Source of the DNA: Patescibacteria group bacterium
GTDB lineage: Bacteria; Patescibacteriota; Minisyncoccia; Phycocordibacterales; PALSA-1337
Direction of reading: 5' to 3'
DNA: 64,000 nucleotides
NCBI GenBank assembly: GCA_018971685.1
Contig: JAGXAG010000003.1
Location: 24,366-88,365, forward strand
In this document: positions 31,726 to 41,891 of the stretch, piece after piece
Layout of the letters: the number at the start of each line of letters is the position of its first letter
Numbering within the stretch: the stretch's first letter is position 1
The notes under the pieces: model-generated
The model's input: the letters and a program-made list of their open reading frames with translations, nothing else
Database searches by the model: none
Told to the model about the DNA's origin: nothing
Translations under genes and position numbers: made by a program

Positions 31726-31893
31726 GAATGTAAATCTGATTACGGGTAGTTATTGAAACCATATTAACATACGAGCAAAAGGACGCAAGCTTATTTTCCG
31801 TCTCTTTGTTAAAATCTTTCCGGTCAAAATAGATCAAGTCTATCATCTATCGGTCGTTGCTTATGAGTATCGATATGTCTTGCCCGTTCATAA

Positions 31894-33090
31894 CTACGGC
31901 AAGAACTGCTTGACCCAGTCGGAGGCTCGGCGCCATATGCGGCGGAGAAGGGAATTGAGAGTAGTCTCCAAATTGTCCGGTTCTTCGCCGGCGTGCAAAC
32001 CCCAAATACACAGGCCGTAAGCTACCGCCCAGGTCGCGTCTTTGAAGGAAGATTTGCCGTCGATCATGCCTAAAGTGCCGATGCGCGAAGGCAGTTTGAG
32101 CGCAGCGCGCGCCAAAGCGTCGATTGACGAGAGCGCAGAACCACCGCCGGTGATGACGATACCGGCCGGTAGAAGGCCGTTCCGGCCTATTTTTTTCAGA
32201 TGCGCTTCGATGAGTTCGAAGATGTCAGAAAGCCGCGCGGCTACGATCTCGTCCAGTTTTTTCCGCGGGAAAGAACTGCCGGTAATGGCGCCAACTTTTA
32301 TTTGCTCAGCTTCTTCCAGGGGCACCTTGAGGCCGAGCGCGATATCATTGGTGATGTCCGTCGAGCCTATGGGGAAGACTTCGAGCGAAGTCGGGATATT
32401 GTTTTCAAAAACCGCTATAGAGGCTGTTTCGGCGCCGATGTTGGCAAGTACGCAGCCGGCGACTTTTTGCGCTTTGGACAATGTCACAAACCCGGCTACT
32501 ACCGGCGAAGCCATGACGTCCTCAACCTCAACGCCCGCCTCATTTACGGCTTGGATCAAATCAGCAACATGGTGATCAAGGCAGGTTACTAAAAGCATTT
32601 TCAATTCTAATTTGTTGCCCCTCATGCCTTCGAGACGGCCGAGCGCCGGGTTGCCGTCTATTTTGTATTGCAAAGGAATGGCGTAGATAATCTTACGGTT
32701 GGCGATAGCGGTGCGGGGCATATCATTCTCGCATTGTTCACGGAGCTTCTTGACATCTGCCGCACCGATTTCAGCGTCTGCACGCGAAGTCATGACTGTG
32801 CTAGAGACTATAGTACTAGTCAGGCCTATGCCGCCTACGCCTAGGAACGCTTTCTTGATCTTGACGCCAGCTTTTTCTTCGGCTATTTTGACCGCTTTTT
32901 CAACACTGCGAGTCACATCGTCTATGTTAGTGACATAGCCGTGTCGCAGTCCGCGCGATTCGGCATGGCCGACACTGATTATTTTCGGATAACCTTTCTC
33001 ATTTTTGTCTTTGGTGCTAGCGATGACGACCTTGGTATGGTAGGTGCCGACATCGATACCGGTGATGAAGTTGCGCGCCATATTTTGCAT
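31894..33090 (-). CDS. ftsA: cell division protein FtsA
   Basis: Actin-like ATPase (ITGIDVGTYHTKVVIAS). The start may be ATG 33081 (MARNF). Confidence 0.85.
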   Translation of the reverse strand: MQNMARNFITGIDVGTYHTKVVIASTKDKNEKGYPKIISVGHAESRGLRHGYVTNIDDVTRSVEKAVKIAEEKAGVKIKKAFLGVGGIGLTSTIVSSTVMTSRADAEIGAADVKKLREQCENDMPRTAIANRKIIYAIPLQYKIDGNPALGRLEGMRGNKLELKMLLVTCLDHHVADLIQAVNEAGVEVEDVMASPVVAGFVTLSKAQKVAGCVLANIGAETASIAVFENNIPTSLEVFPIGSTDITNDIALGLKVPLEEAEQIKVGAITGSSFPRKKLDEIVAARLSDIFELIEAHLKKIGRNGLLPAGIVITGGGSALSSIDALARAALKLPSRIGTLGMIDGKSSFKDATWAVAYGLCIWGLHAGEEPDNLETTLNSLLRRIWRRASDWVKQFLP

Positions 33091-33443
33091 TCGAATGATT
33101 CCATTCTAGCCCCGTGACGATAACCTTTCAAGTGTGCACAGCCGTGAATGAAAAGTTGTATGAAAAAATCTCGGTAATTTTTTCCGAAAAGCCTGGCTTG
33201 CCGTCGCGTCTCGGACGGGCAAAGATAAATTTCTCCTTGGCGTTCGGAAAGAGGAAAACTCAATATGTCGGTTGTTTTATTCAGGTTTCGATATTCGAGA
33301 TTGAATTTTTTTAGCGTGGCGGATCCGGTGACGACTAGAGTTAATTCATAACCCTTGCCCAAAACGAGCTCTTTTATTTTTTCAAGAACAGATCTCGCGA
33401 CAGGCAACACGGACAAGGTCTCGTTTGTTACCGATAAGTTCAT
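32979..33443 (-). CDS. ybeY: endoribonuclease YbeY (rRNA maturation factor)
   Basis: TDILSFPL and the HGCAHLKGYRH zinc-binding motif. The 3' 112 nt overlap ftsA in another frame. Confidence 0.7.
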   Translation of the reverse strand: MNLSVTNETLSVLPVARSVLEKIKELVLGKGYELTLVVTGSATLKKFNLEYRNLNKTTDILSFPLSERQGEIYLCPSETRRQARLFGKNYRDFFIQLFIHGCAHLKGYRHGARMESFECKIWRATSSPVSMSAPTIPRSSSLAPKTKMRKVIRK

Positions 33444-33456
33444 TTTGGCTCGTCAG

Positions 33457-33708
33457 TTATTTCTTGTGGCCGCGGACGGCCTTTACCGGCGCTTTGCCGA
33501 GCTTGATCAGTTCGGCCATATGTGCGGTTCTGACGAGTCGTTTCAATGCTTTTTGTTTGATCTTATAAGATGATTGCTTGCGTCCGGAATAACGCAGGCC
33601 TCTCATTCTCGGTATTATACCGGCGCTCTGTACTTTCCTGCTGAATCTACGCAAAGCGCCGACACTGTTTTCGTTTGGATTCCGGATGATCTCTATATTT
33701 GTTGACAT
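33457..33708 (-). CDS. rpsU: 30S ribosomal protein S21
   Basis: 83-aa basic protein. ALRRFSRKVQSAGI..R....Y.KP..RK..A.KR pattern of bS21. Confidence 0.65.
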   Translation of the reverse strand: MSTNIEIIRNPNENSVGALRRFSRKVQSAGIIPRMRGLRYSGRKQSSYKIKQKALKRLVRTAHMAELIKLGKAPVKAVRGHKK

Positions 33709-33793
33709 GAAAGTAATATTAACACATCGGTTGTTTTAAGGCAATTGGTCGCGAAAATTTGCAAAAAAACCAATTTGATATTACAATCATGCC

Positions 33794-34453
33794 ATGAATC
33801 ACGCTGGCGCAGTTGAAAATGCTAAAAATGCGCAAAACACCGCGCCTGCGCAAACCAAAGATACAGATACGGGACAAGATGAGAAAGAGATATTGAAGGG
33901 ACAATCGAAAGGGTGGCAAACTCTCCGGGAATGGGCGCAGACAATCATCATCGCTCTTATAATAGCTTTGCCGATACGTTACTTTGTGGCAGAACCGTTC
34001 ATTGTCTCTGGCGCTTCTATGGATCCCACTTTTGCTTCCGGGCAATTTCTGGTAGTCGACAGGCTATCGTACAGATTCGAAAAGCCGCAAAGGGACGCGG
34101 TTATAGTATTTGAATTTCCCAACAATCCAAGCGTGTACTATATCAAGCGCATCATCGGTCTACCCGGCGAAACTCTAAAGATAAACGACGGAAAGATTAC
34201 TGTCATAAATGCTGCTCATCCCGACGGGCTTATTCTCGATGAGCCTTTCGTATCGCCTGCGCACGCTTCGCACGACACAGAAACCGTTACATTGGGACAG
34301 GGCCAGTATTTTGTCATGGGCGACAATCGCGCCCAGAGTTCAGATTCCAGGGCGTGGGGGAATTTAGACGCAAAATACATAGTTGGCAGACCGATTTTGC
34401 GACTTTTACCATTGAATAAATTGGCAATTTGGCCCGGCGATTATGAAAAATAA
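33794..34453 (+). CDS. lepB: signal peptidase I
   Basis: S26 boxes: SGASMDPT (catalytic Ser), Lys box (YIKRIIGLPGE) and GDNRAQSSDSR. Confidence 0.85.
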   Translation: MNHAGAVENAKNAQNTAPAQTKDTDTGQDEKEILKGQSKGWQTLREWAQTIIIALIIALPIRYFVAEPFIVSGASMDPTFASGQFLVVDRLSYRFEKPQRDAVIVFEFPNNPSVYYIKRIIGLPGETLKINDGKITVINAAHPDGLILDEPFVSPAHASHDTETVTLGQGQYFVMGDNRAQSSDSRAWGNLDAKYIVGRPILRLLPLNKLAIWPGDYEK

Positions 34454-35681
34454 AGAATCAAAATTTATAAAATACGATCATCTGGACAAGATCGGTGAAA
34501 TTGCTGTTTACTACGGCTTTACTCCAACTAAGAGTCCGGTTGTGACCAAAGAAGACTTAGAAACGGCCAAGAGTGTGCTTGAGGGCGATTCGATAGACGA
34601 TGAGACTGATAATCACGGCCGACTACCTTTGCGCGTCGAAGAAAAAATAGCTCTTTTACGGACTTATCATGAAGAAAACATGCAGGCGTTGCCTCAGCCT
34701 GTTATGCTCTATTTCAAAGATCCGTGCCGCGGTACCTTCAGGTCGGCTTCGGGCAAGAAGCCGTTGCGCCGTTATGCAGACATGGAGATTCTCGGCAATT
34801 CCGGTGCTATTGCTGAAGCCACGCTTATTCAAGCGGCGCGTACCATGCTGGCTGAAGACGGTTATGACAAAACACTTGTTGAAGTTAACAGTGTAGGCGA
34901 TCGTGATTCGTTGTCGAAATTTTCACGCGAATTAAGCACTTATTACCGAAAACATTTGAATGATATGCCAGCTGAATGCAGGCAGCTTTTCAAAGATGAT
35001 CAATTTGACCTACTATCTTCAGCTTCCGATGCGTGTAAATCGTTGAATGAACAAGCGCCAAAGTCATTGGATTTTTTGTCTGAAGCAAGCCGCCGGCATC
35101 TGGAAGAATTGTTGGAATATTTCGAAACTCTTGGTATCCCTTATACAATCAACAATATGTTGGTTGGCAATAAGAAGTATTGCACAGAAACCATTTTTAC
35201 CATTGTGGGCGCGCAAGCCGAAGACCGCGCCAAACCAGAGCGCATCTTGGCTGTGGGGGTACGCTATAACGGCCTGGCCAAGCGCGTGTCAATGAAACGA
35301 GACTTGCAGGCTGTCGGCATTTCTATTTTGGCTAAAGGCAATGATCAGTCCTTGCGCGGGCCTCTGACGAAAGTAAAGCGGCCTGTCGCTTCGTTCGTCC
35401 AGTTGGGTGCGGAGTCGAAATTGCTTTCGCTTGACATTGTGGAAAAGCTACGCAAAGCGAAAATACCGTTATATTTGTCACTTGCCAAAGACCGTTTAGG
35501 CGCTCAGGTCTCTACGGTTGAACGCTTGCACGCGCCGTACTCAATTATTGTAGGCAAGAAAGAGGCCGTCGAACGCACGGCTATCGTGCGCCACTCAGAT
35601 ACACATGCCCAAGCAATCGTGCCGATAGACGAATTATCTCAATACATGAAAAAGATCGAAGCTGATTACTGGGCGAAATAA
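34443..35681 (+). CDS. HisRS-like paralog with degenerate class II motifs (HisZ-like, retains an anticodon-binding-like C-terminus)
   Basis: Collinear with HisRS: TLVEVNSVGDRDS (cf. TLELNSIGS), ..ECRQLFKDDQFDLL (cf. DCKRRMYTNPLRVLD), SRRHLEELLEYFETLGIPYTINNMLV (cf. [23 protein letters not shown]). Motif 2 and motif 3 residues are replaced (FRSASGKKPLRRYADME; VGVRYNG for GGRYDG). A bona fide hisS is present at 10222..11505. Confidence 0.6.
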   Translation: MKNKESKFIKYDHLDKIGEIAVYYGFTPTKSPVVTKEDLETAKSVLEGDSIDDETDNHGRLPLRVEEKIALLRTYHEENMQALPQPVMLYFKDPCRGTFRSASGKKPLRRYADMEILGNSGAIAEATLIQAARTMLAEDGYDKTLVEVNSVGDRDSLSKFSRELSTYYRKHLNDMPAECRQLFKDDQFDLLSSASDACKSLNEQAPKSLDFLSEASRRHLEELLEYFETLGIPYTINNMLVGNKKYCTETIFTIVGAQAEDRAKPERILAVGVRYNGLAKRVSMKRDLQAVGISILAKGNDQSLRGPLTKVKRPVASFVQLGAESKLLSLDIVEKLRKAKIPLYLSLAKDRLGAQVSTVERLHAPYSIIVGKKEAVERTAIVRHSDTHAQAIVPIDELSQYMKKIEADYWAK

Positions 35682-35722
35682 TTACCATCGCGCATTCTCA
35701 ACTATTCAATTATAATCTTATT

Positions 35723-36316
35723 ATGTCATATGTTTTAATGGGTTTGGGAAATCCCGGAGAAGAATATGAAGGCGCTCGGCATAATACCGGCCGTTTTGTG
35801 GTAGATCGCGCTCGCGATAGATTCGGCGGCGAATTCAAAGAAGACAAAAAAATAAACGCTTTGATGTCGAAGGGTAAAATAGGAAAAGAAGTGGTAATAT
35901 TCGCAGCGCCTAATACCTTCATGAACAAATCGGGAACCGCCGCGGTGAAATTGGTCAAGAGTAAAAAGGCGGCCGAAAGGCTGATCGTCATTTACGACGA
36001 CTTTAGTCTGCCTCTCGGCCGAATCAAGATATCTTTCAACCGTTCGTCCGGTGGCCACAACGGGTTGGAATCTGTCATCAAAGCGCTCAAGACTGAAGCG
36101 TTCGTCCGAATTCGCGTAGGCATAGCGCCCGAGACAGCCAAGGGTTTAGCCAAAGCGCCTCACGGCGATGACAAAATCATCCGTTTCATCTTGGGCAAAT
36201 ACAAGCCAGACGAATTGAAAATTTTGAACAAAATCGCAAAGGAAGCGGTCGAAGCGGTCGAAACCATAGTCAAATACGGCAAAGAAAAAGCCATGAGCGT
36301 CTACAATACCCGATAG
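35723..36316 (+). CDS. pth: peptidyl-tRNA hydrolase
   Basis: MSYVLMGLGNPGEEYEGARHNTGRF..FAAPNTFMNKSG. Canonical Pth. Confidence 0.9.
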   Translation: MSYVLMGLGNPGEEYEGARHNTGRFVVDRARDRFGGEFKEDKKINALMSKGKIGKEVVIFAAPNTFMNKSGTAAVKLVKSKKAAERLIVIYDDFSLPLGRIKISFNRSSGGHNGLESVIKALKTEAFVRIRVGIAPETAKGLAKAPHGDDKIIRFILGKYKPDELKILNKIAKEAVEAVETIVKYGKEKAMSVYNTR

Positions 36317-36337
36317 TATCGGCGATAGATCACCGTC

Positions 36338-37495
36338 TTATTTTGTGCCTGCGAATGACAATGCCATTTTTTGTTCTTTGGGATCAAACAAGGAGATCTT
36401 GAAATCATAAGTCTTGCCGAGTTCCAACATTTTGTGCAGTTTTTCTTCGTTGCCGAATTCGGATATATGAACCAATCCCGCTACGCCTTCCTCGACTGAA
36501 GCCAGGGCGCCGTGTTTGTTGAATTTGATGATTACGCCTGTCACGGACATGTCCTTTTTGTATTTTTTGGCCGCTTCGATCCACGGATTTGGCTTCAATT
36601 GTTTGATCGACAAGGAAATTTTGCCGTCTTTCACTTCAATAATCCTGGCTCGGATCTTCTGTCCGACCTTGACGAAATTATTTGGATTGTCAACCAAACC
36701 CCAATCAATCTCTGATATGTGCACCAAACCTTCCAACCCTTCTTCAACCTTGACGAATGCGCCAAAATCGACGACGCCGGTAACTGTGCCTTCTACCTCG
36801 TCGCCGATCTCATATTTGCTTATGATTTTTTCTTTTTCTTTGATTTCGGATCCTTTTTCCGAGAATATGAGTTTGCCCTCCTTGGGATCGGCGGTGATTA
36901 TGGAGACGCCCAAACGCGTGCCGACAAGTTTTTTCAGTTCGTCCAAGATCCTGTCTTTATCACCATCGGCTATCTTGGGGTAGTGTTCCGGTTTCAATTG
37001 GGAAGCCGGCAAAAAGCCCGTTATCCCTTGCCATTCTATGAGCAAACCGCCTTTATTGGCTTCTTTGACCGGCAGATCCAAAGATTTCTTTTCTTTTATG
37101 GCAGCCTCGGCTTCGCTCCAGATAAGTGCTTGACGAGCTTCTTTCAAGGACAGCTCGTAATATCCTTCTTTATGGGTATTATCAACAATCTTGGCGGCTA
37201 TGATATCGCCTATGTTTATCTTTTTTATTATATCGCGTGCGGACAGAAATTCTCTGCCGTAAATGATGCCGGTGCCAAAAGGCGCCATGTCGATGAAAAC
37301 CGACGACTTTTCCACAGCCATGACCGGACCCTCAACCATATCGCCGACGATTGGCGGGTTTTTCATTTTGGCTACCATTTCGCCCATGACGGTCGCCTTT
37401 TTCTCTTCAGACAGGCGCATGGGCTTATCCTTAGCTTCTATTTTGTTTGTTTCTTCGCCTGAATAGCTCTTCTTCTCTTTTAATGGTTTTAACAT
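36338..37495 (-). CDS. rpsA: 30S ribosomal protein S1 (short, four S1 domains)
   Basis: Repeated S1 RNA-binding modules (VGDMVEGPV, IGDIIAAKI, VGTRLGVSII, IGDEVEGTVTGVVDFGAFV). Confidence 0.75.
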   Translation of the reverse strand: MLKPLKEKKSYSGEETNKIEAKDKPMRLSEEKKATVMGEMVAKMKNPPIVGDMVEGPVMAVEKSSVFIDMAPFGTGIIYGREFLSARDIIKKINIGDIIAAKIVDNTHKEGYYELSLKEARQALIWSEAEAAIKEKKSLDLPVKEANKGGLLIEWQGITGFLPASQLKPEHYPKIADGDKDRILDELKKLVGTRLGVSIITADPKEGKLIFSEKGSEIKEKEKIISKYEIGDEVEGTVTGVVDFGAFVKVEEGLEGLVHISEIDWGLVDNPNNFVKVGQKIRARIIEVKDGKISLSIKQLKPNPWIEAAKKYKKDMSVTGVIIKFNKHGALASVEEGVAGLVHISEFGNEEKLHKMLELGKTYDFKISLFDPKEQKMALSFAGTK

Positions 37496-37685
37496 TTATT
37501 TTCCGCCGTAAGACGGAGCGCTCCGCTTTTTAAACTATTAATAACTATTGCGGGATGACGCGTTGCTGATTAAAACGGCGTTCGCCGTCTGGTTACAAGC
37601 TAACACAGTGCATTTATTTTGTCCAAATTTATCGGCATGACGAGTTTCTTGATGAAATTTTTCGAGATTGTGCTATATTAAAGCC

Positions 37686-38330
37686 ATGATAATAACCTAT
37701 CTAGGCGGAGAATCCGTTAAGGTGCAATTTGGCGACACGATACTGGCATTCAACCCGATATCGAAAGATTCGTTTTTGAAACATAACAAATTCGGCGCCG
37801 ATATCGTGCTTTCCGGCCTGAACCACAAAGATATGAACGGAGTCGATCAGGTTACATTCGGCGACAAAAAACCATTTGTAATCAATGGACCGGGCGAATA
37901 TGAAGTCGGAGGAGTTTTCATCAAAGGTTTCCAATCCGAATCAAATTATGACAAGGAGAGGCGCATAAACACAATGTTTTCTGTAACCCTCGAAGGCATG
38001 AATATATGTTTTCTAGGGGCGATCAACCAGATAGAATTGCCGAAAGAGGCTGATGAAGCTATCGATTGCGTGGATGTGTTATTGGTGCCCATAGGCGGCG
38101 ACGGCGTACTCGATGCCCAAAAAGCATACAAATTGGCCGTTGAAATAGGTCCAAAAGTCATTATACCGATGCATTACGGAGATATTGAGAAAAACCCCGC
38201 GGCCGGCGGAGCCTTGAAGTTATTCACCAAGGAAGCTGGCGAAAATCCGGCGCCGGTGTCAAAATTGACGATAAAGAGAAAAGACCTGGAAGGGAAGGAG
38301 GCGGAAGTAGTGATTCTCGAGAAAGAGTGA
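37686..38330 (+). CDS. metallo-beta-lactamase-fold metal-dependent hydrolase (UPF0173-like)
   Basis: MIITYLGGESVKVQFGDTILAFNP..IVLSGLNHKDM..IPMHYGD pattern. The track start is 37668. ATG 37686 is preferred. Confidence 0.6.
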   Translation: MIITYLGGESVKVQFGDTILAFNPISKDSFLKHNKFGADIVLSGLNHKDMNGVDQVTFGDKKPFVINGPGEYEVGGVFIKGFQSESNYDKERRINTMFSVTLEGMNICFLGAINQIELPKEADEAIDCVDVLLVPIGGDGVLDAQKAYKLAVEIGPKVIIPMHYGDIEKNPAAGGALKLFTKEAGENPAPVSKLTIKRKDLEGKEAEVVILEKE

Positions 38331-38333
38331 ATT

Positions 38334-38400
38334 TAGTTTACAGTTTACAATGAAAAATTATTAATTTCACTAATAACTTATCATTGTAAACTGTAAACTT
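38334..38400. repeat. long inverted repeat (17-bp perfect arms GTTTACAGTTTACAATG / CATTGTAAACTGTAAAC) with a palindromic AT-rich loop
   Basis: Read directly, between the MBL hydrolase stop (38330) and the next ATG (38408). The arms contain the tandem GTTTACA GTTTACA. Confidence 0.5.
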
Positions 38401-38407
38401 TAATACT

Positions 38408-38707
38408 ATGAGCTTTCAATCATACCTAGATAACTTGCGAGAAAAACCGGAACACATCCGGCGCCACTATGCATTCTGGACATCATTAGGCGTAACCGCA
38501 ACTATATTCGCTTTTTGGCTTGCTTCTTTTACAACCTTAGGAAATTCGACCAAGGACGCCGTGGCGAGAGTGGTCAACAACACAGAAACTCCGGCGCAGT
38601 CTCTGGTAGCGTCGGTCGGCGCGTTTTTCGGCGATATCAAAGATATGGTTTTCGGTCCAAAGAAGATCAACTACTCGACTGTCGAAGTTTCACCCGGCGA
38701 GCGTTAG
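38408..38707 (+). CDS. hypothetical single-TM protein
   Basis: 99 aa with one TM (VTATIFAFWLASF). No family recognised. Confidence 0.4.
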   Translation: MSFQSYLDNLREKPEHIRRHYAFWTSLGVTATIFAFWLASFTTLGNSTKDAVARVVNNTETPAQSLVASVGAFFGDIKDMVFGPKKINYSTVEVSPGER

Positions 38708-38773
38708 CGGCGCATACGAAAAGCGCGCGAAATGACATTTGCTGCGCTTTTTGCTATAATGTAAATAACTGAA

Positions 38774-41260
38774 ATGGCAAAAAAGAACGAAAAAAACGCG
38801 CCGGAAAATGGCAAAAACACGGCGGAACCGGCGGTTGACGCGGGCGTTTTGCAGCAACCGATAGCGGAAGAAATGCGCCGGTCATTCCTGGACTATGCCA
38901 TGTCCGTGATTACCGACCGCGCTTTGCCCGATGTGCGTGATGGTTTGAAGCCGGTGCACCGCAGGATCTTGTATGCCATGCATGAAAAAGGCCTTACCGC
39001 CGCCGCCAAATTCCGCAAATCGGCCGTGGTAGTCGGCGATGTGCTCGGCAATTATCACCCACACAGCGATGCCGCCGTTTACGATTCGATGGTCAAAATG
39101 GCCCAAGAATTTAGCATGCGCTATCCGCTGGTGCAAGGTCAAGGAAACTTCGGCACCATCGACGGCGACAGCGCCGCCGCCATGCGTTATACCGAAGCCA
39201 GAATGTCCAAGATTGCCGCCGAACTTTTGAAAGATATAGACAAAGACACCGTCGATTTTCGCCCCAATTACGACGGCACCAAGAAAGAGCCGATCGTCTT
39301 GCCGACTTCGGTGCCAAACCTGCTCTTGAACGGCACGCTCGGCATTGCAGTCGGCATGGCGACCAACATTGCGCCGCATAACCTGAATGAAATCGCCGAC
39401 GCGGCTATCCATCTAGTCGACAATCCCGAAGCCACAACCGAAGACCTCGTGCGGTTCGTCAAAGGTCCCGATTTCCCGACCGGCGGAGTCATGTACGGCG
39501 AGAAAGACATACATCACGCCTATGCGACCGGCCGCGGCGGCATCGTCGTGCGCGGCGAAGCGGAAATCGTCGAGGACAAAAAAGGCCAATTCCAAATCGT
39601 CATAAGTTCCATCCCTTACCGCGTGAACAAAGCGTCGCTCATAATGCGCATAGCCGATCTGGTGCGAGAAAAGACGATCGAAGGCATCAAAGCTTTGCGC
39701 GACGAATCGACCAAAGACATCCGCATCGCGATCGATCTCAAGCAGGGCTCATTCCCGGAAAAGATCCTAAACCAGCTCTACAAGCACACCCAGCTCGAAG
39801 AATCATTCCATGTCAACATGGTCGCGTTGGTCGACGGCGTGCCGCACACGCTCGGATTAAAATCGATTTTGGCGGAATTCGTCGATCACCGCGTCACCGT
39901 CATCCGCCGGCGCACGCAGTTTGACCTCAACAGAGCCGAGGAAAGAGAACACATACTTCTGGGACTGAAAAAGGCGCTCGATCACATCGACGAGATCATC
40001 ACTTTGATCCGCGCTTCCAAAGATGTCGCCGAAGCCCATGCCGGCCTGATGAAGAAGTTCAAATTCAGCGACAAGCAGGCGACCGCCATTCTGGAAATGA
40101 AATTACAAAAGCTGGCCGGGCTTGAGCGCAAGAAGGTGCTTGACGAGCTGAAACAAGTCCAGGAATTAATCGCCGAATTGAAGGAGATTTTGGGGAGCGA
40201 AAAGAAAGTCCGCGGTATCATCAAGACCGAGCTCGGCGAAGTAAAAGCCAAATACGGCGATGCACGCCGGACCAAACTGGTCAAGCACGGCGTCAAAGAA
40301 TTCAGCGCCGAAGACCTGATCGCCGACGAAGAATCCGTTTTGGTTCTCACCAAGGGTGGCTACATCAAGCGCACCGATCCCGCCGAATACAGGAAGCAAA
40401 AGCGCGGCGGCGTCGGCGTTGTCGACTTGGACACCAAGGAAGAAGACTTCATCTCGCATTTGGTCTACGCGACCACGCACAGCGACCTTTTGTTCTTCAG
40501 CGACAAAGGCAAGGCGTATCAGATCAAAATGCACGAAATCCCCGAAGGCAAGCGCGCCACCAAAGGCAAGTCGATCATGAATTTCCTTTCCCTGGCGGAA
40601 GGGGAAAGAGTGACCTCGATCTTGCCGATGCCAAAAGACAAGAAGTCCGCCGAAGGTTTGGCTTTGATGATGATCACAAAGAACGGTACCGGCAAGAAGA
40701 CTTCGGCTGGCCATTTCAAGGATGTTAGAAGGTCCGGCCTTATCGCCATCACACTCGACCAAGGCGACGAATTGATGTCGGCATCATTCGTGTCCAAGAG
40801 TGAAGAGGCGGTTATCGCGACCAAAGAAGGGCAATCAATCCGATTCAAAGAATCCGATGTGCGTGAAATGGGGCGCAATGCCGCCGGCGTTCGGGTGATC
40901 CGTCTGGGGAAGGGCGATGAAGTCATTTCCGCCGATATTGTCTCCAAAGGATCAAAAGGAGCTATGCTATTTGTCATGAGCGCCAACGGTTACGGCAAAA
41001 AGACCGAACTTTCCGAATACAAGACGCAAAAGCGCGGTGGTTCCGGCATACTGACCATGAAAGTAACCGCCAAGACAGGACCGCTCATGGCTGCCAAAGT
41101 CATCACCGAAATCGACGAGGAGATCGTTGCCATGTCCAAAAAAAGCCAGGTCATCCGCGTCGATCTGAAAGAGATTCCGGCGCTTTCCCGCGCTACCCAA
41201 GGCGTGCGCGTGATGAAGTTACGCGACGGCGACGCTCTCGCGAGCTTGATTTGTCTGTAA
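38774..41260 (+). CDS. gyrA: DNA gyrase subunit A
   Basis: [44 protein letters not shown] (active-site Tyr region) and C-terminal beta-pinwheel repeats. Confidence 0.9.
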   Translation: MAKKNEKNAPENGKNTAEPAVDAGVLQQPIAEEMRRSFLDYAMSVITDRALPDVRDGLKPVHRRILYAMHEKGLTAAAKFRKSAVVVGDVLGNYHPHSDAAVYDSMVKMAQEFSMRYPLVQGQGNFGTIDGDSAAAMRYTEARMSKIAAELLKDIDKDTVDFRPNYDGTKKEPIVLPTSVPNLLLNGTLGIAVGMATNIAPHNLNEIADAAIHLVDNPEATTEDLVRFVKGPDFPTGGVMYGEKDIHHAYATGRGGIVVRGEAEIVEDKKGQFQIVISSIPYRVNKASLIMRIADLVREKTIEGIKALRDESTKDIRIAIDLKQGSFPEKILNQLYKHTQLEESFHVNMVALVDGVPHTLGLKSILAEFVDHRVTVIRRRTQFDLNRAEEREHILLGLKKALDHIDEIITLIRASKDVAEAHAGLMKKFKFSDKQATAILEMKLQKLAGLERKKVLDELKQVQELIAELKEILGSEKKVRGIIKTELGEVKAKYGDARRTKLVKHGVKEFSAEDLIADEESVLVLTKGGYIKRTDPAEYRKQKRGGVGVVDLDTKEEDFISHLVYATTHSDLLFFSDKGKAYQIKMHEIPEGKRATKGKSIMNFLSLAEGERVTSILPMPKDKKSAEGLALMMITKNGTGKKTSAGHFKDVRRSGLIAITLDQGDELMSASFVSKSEEAVIATKEGQSIRFKESDVREMGRNAAGVRVIRLGKGDEVISADIVSKGSKGAMLFVMSANGYGKKTELSEYKTQKRGGSGILTMKVTAKTGPLMAAKVITEIDEEIVAMSKKSQVIRVDLKEIPALSRATQGVRVMKLRDGDALASLICL

Positions 41261-41335
41261 TAATATTAGGGAACACCGAGAACTTGCCCTGATGCTTTTA
41301 CTGTCCACAACGGCGTTATTTATTAGGCCGACAGT

Positions 41336-41869
41336 ATGGGATATAATATATTCATGTTTTCCGACCCCGCCTCAAACTTGGCGAAATTTGGCCTTACGGA
41401 AGGCATGAAAGTTGTCGATCTGGGCGCCGGTTCCGGCTTTTATGCTGTTGAGGCGGCGCGCAGAGTGGGTGCGAGCGGCAGGGTTTACGCGGTTGAAGTC
41501 CAGAAAGACCTGCTCGACAGAATCAGGTCCAACGGCGCCGCGGAAGGCCTGCACAATATCGAAGTCGTATGGGGCGACGCCGAGAAGATCGGCGGCACGA
41601 AACTGCGCGAAGCTTTGGCAGACAGGGTAATCGTGTCGAATATTCTATTCCAGGCGGAAAAGCCGGACGAATTGGCGCTGGAAGTAAAGCGGCTGTTGAA
41701 GCCCGGCGGCAAGGCGCTGGTGGTCGACTGGAGCGAACTTAGCCCGATCGGGCCCGGTAATATTTTTCCGGCGGCAAAAGCGCAAACGCTTTTCGAAAAA
41801 TCGGGATTCAAACTGGAACAGTCGTTTGGAGCGGGAGAACACCACTACGGATTGGTATTTACGAGATAA
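41336..41869 (+). CDS. class I SAM-dependent methyltransferase
   Basis: VVDLGAGSGFYAVEAA motif I, with acidic post-I and motif II/III patterns. Confidence 0.7.
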   Translation: MGYNIFMFSDPASNLAKFGLTEGMKVVDLGAGSGFYAVEAARRVGASGRVYAVEVQKDLLDRIRSNGAAEGLHNIEVVWGDAEKIGGTKLREALADRVIVSNILFQAEKPDELALEVKRLLKPGGKALVVDWSELSPIGPGNIFPAAKAQTLFEKSGFKLEQSFGAGEHHYGLVFTR

Positions 41870-41891
41870 AATTTCATGCCTTAAACCAATC

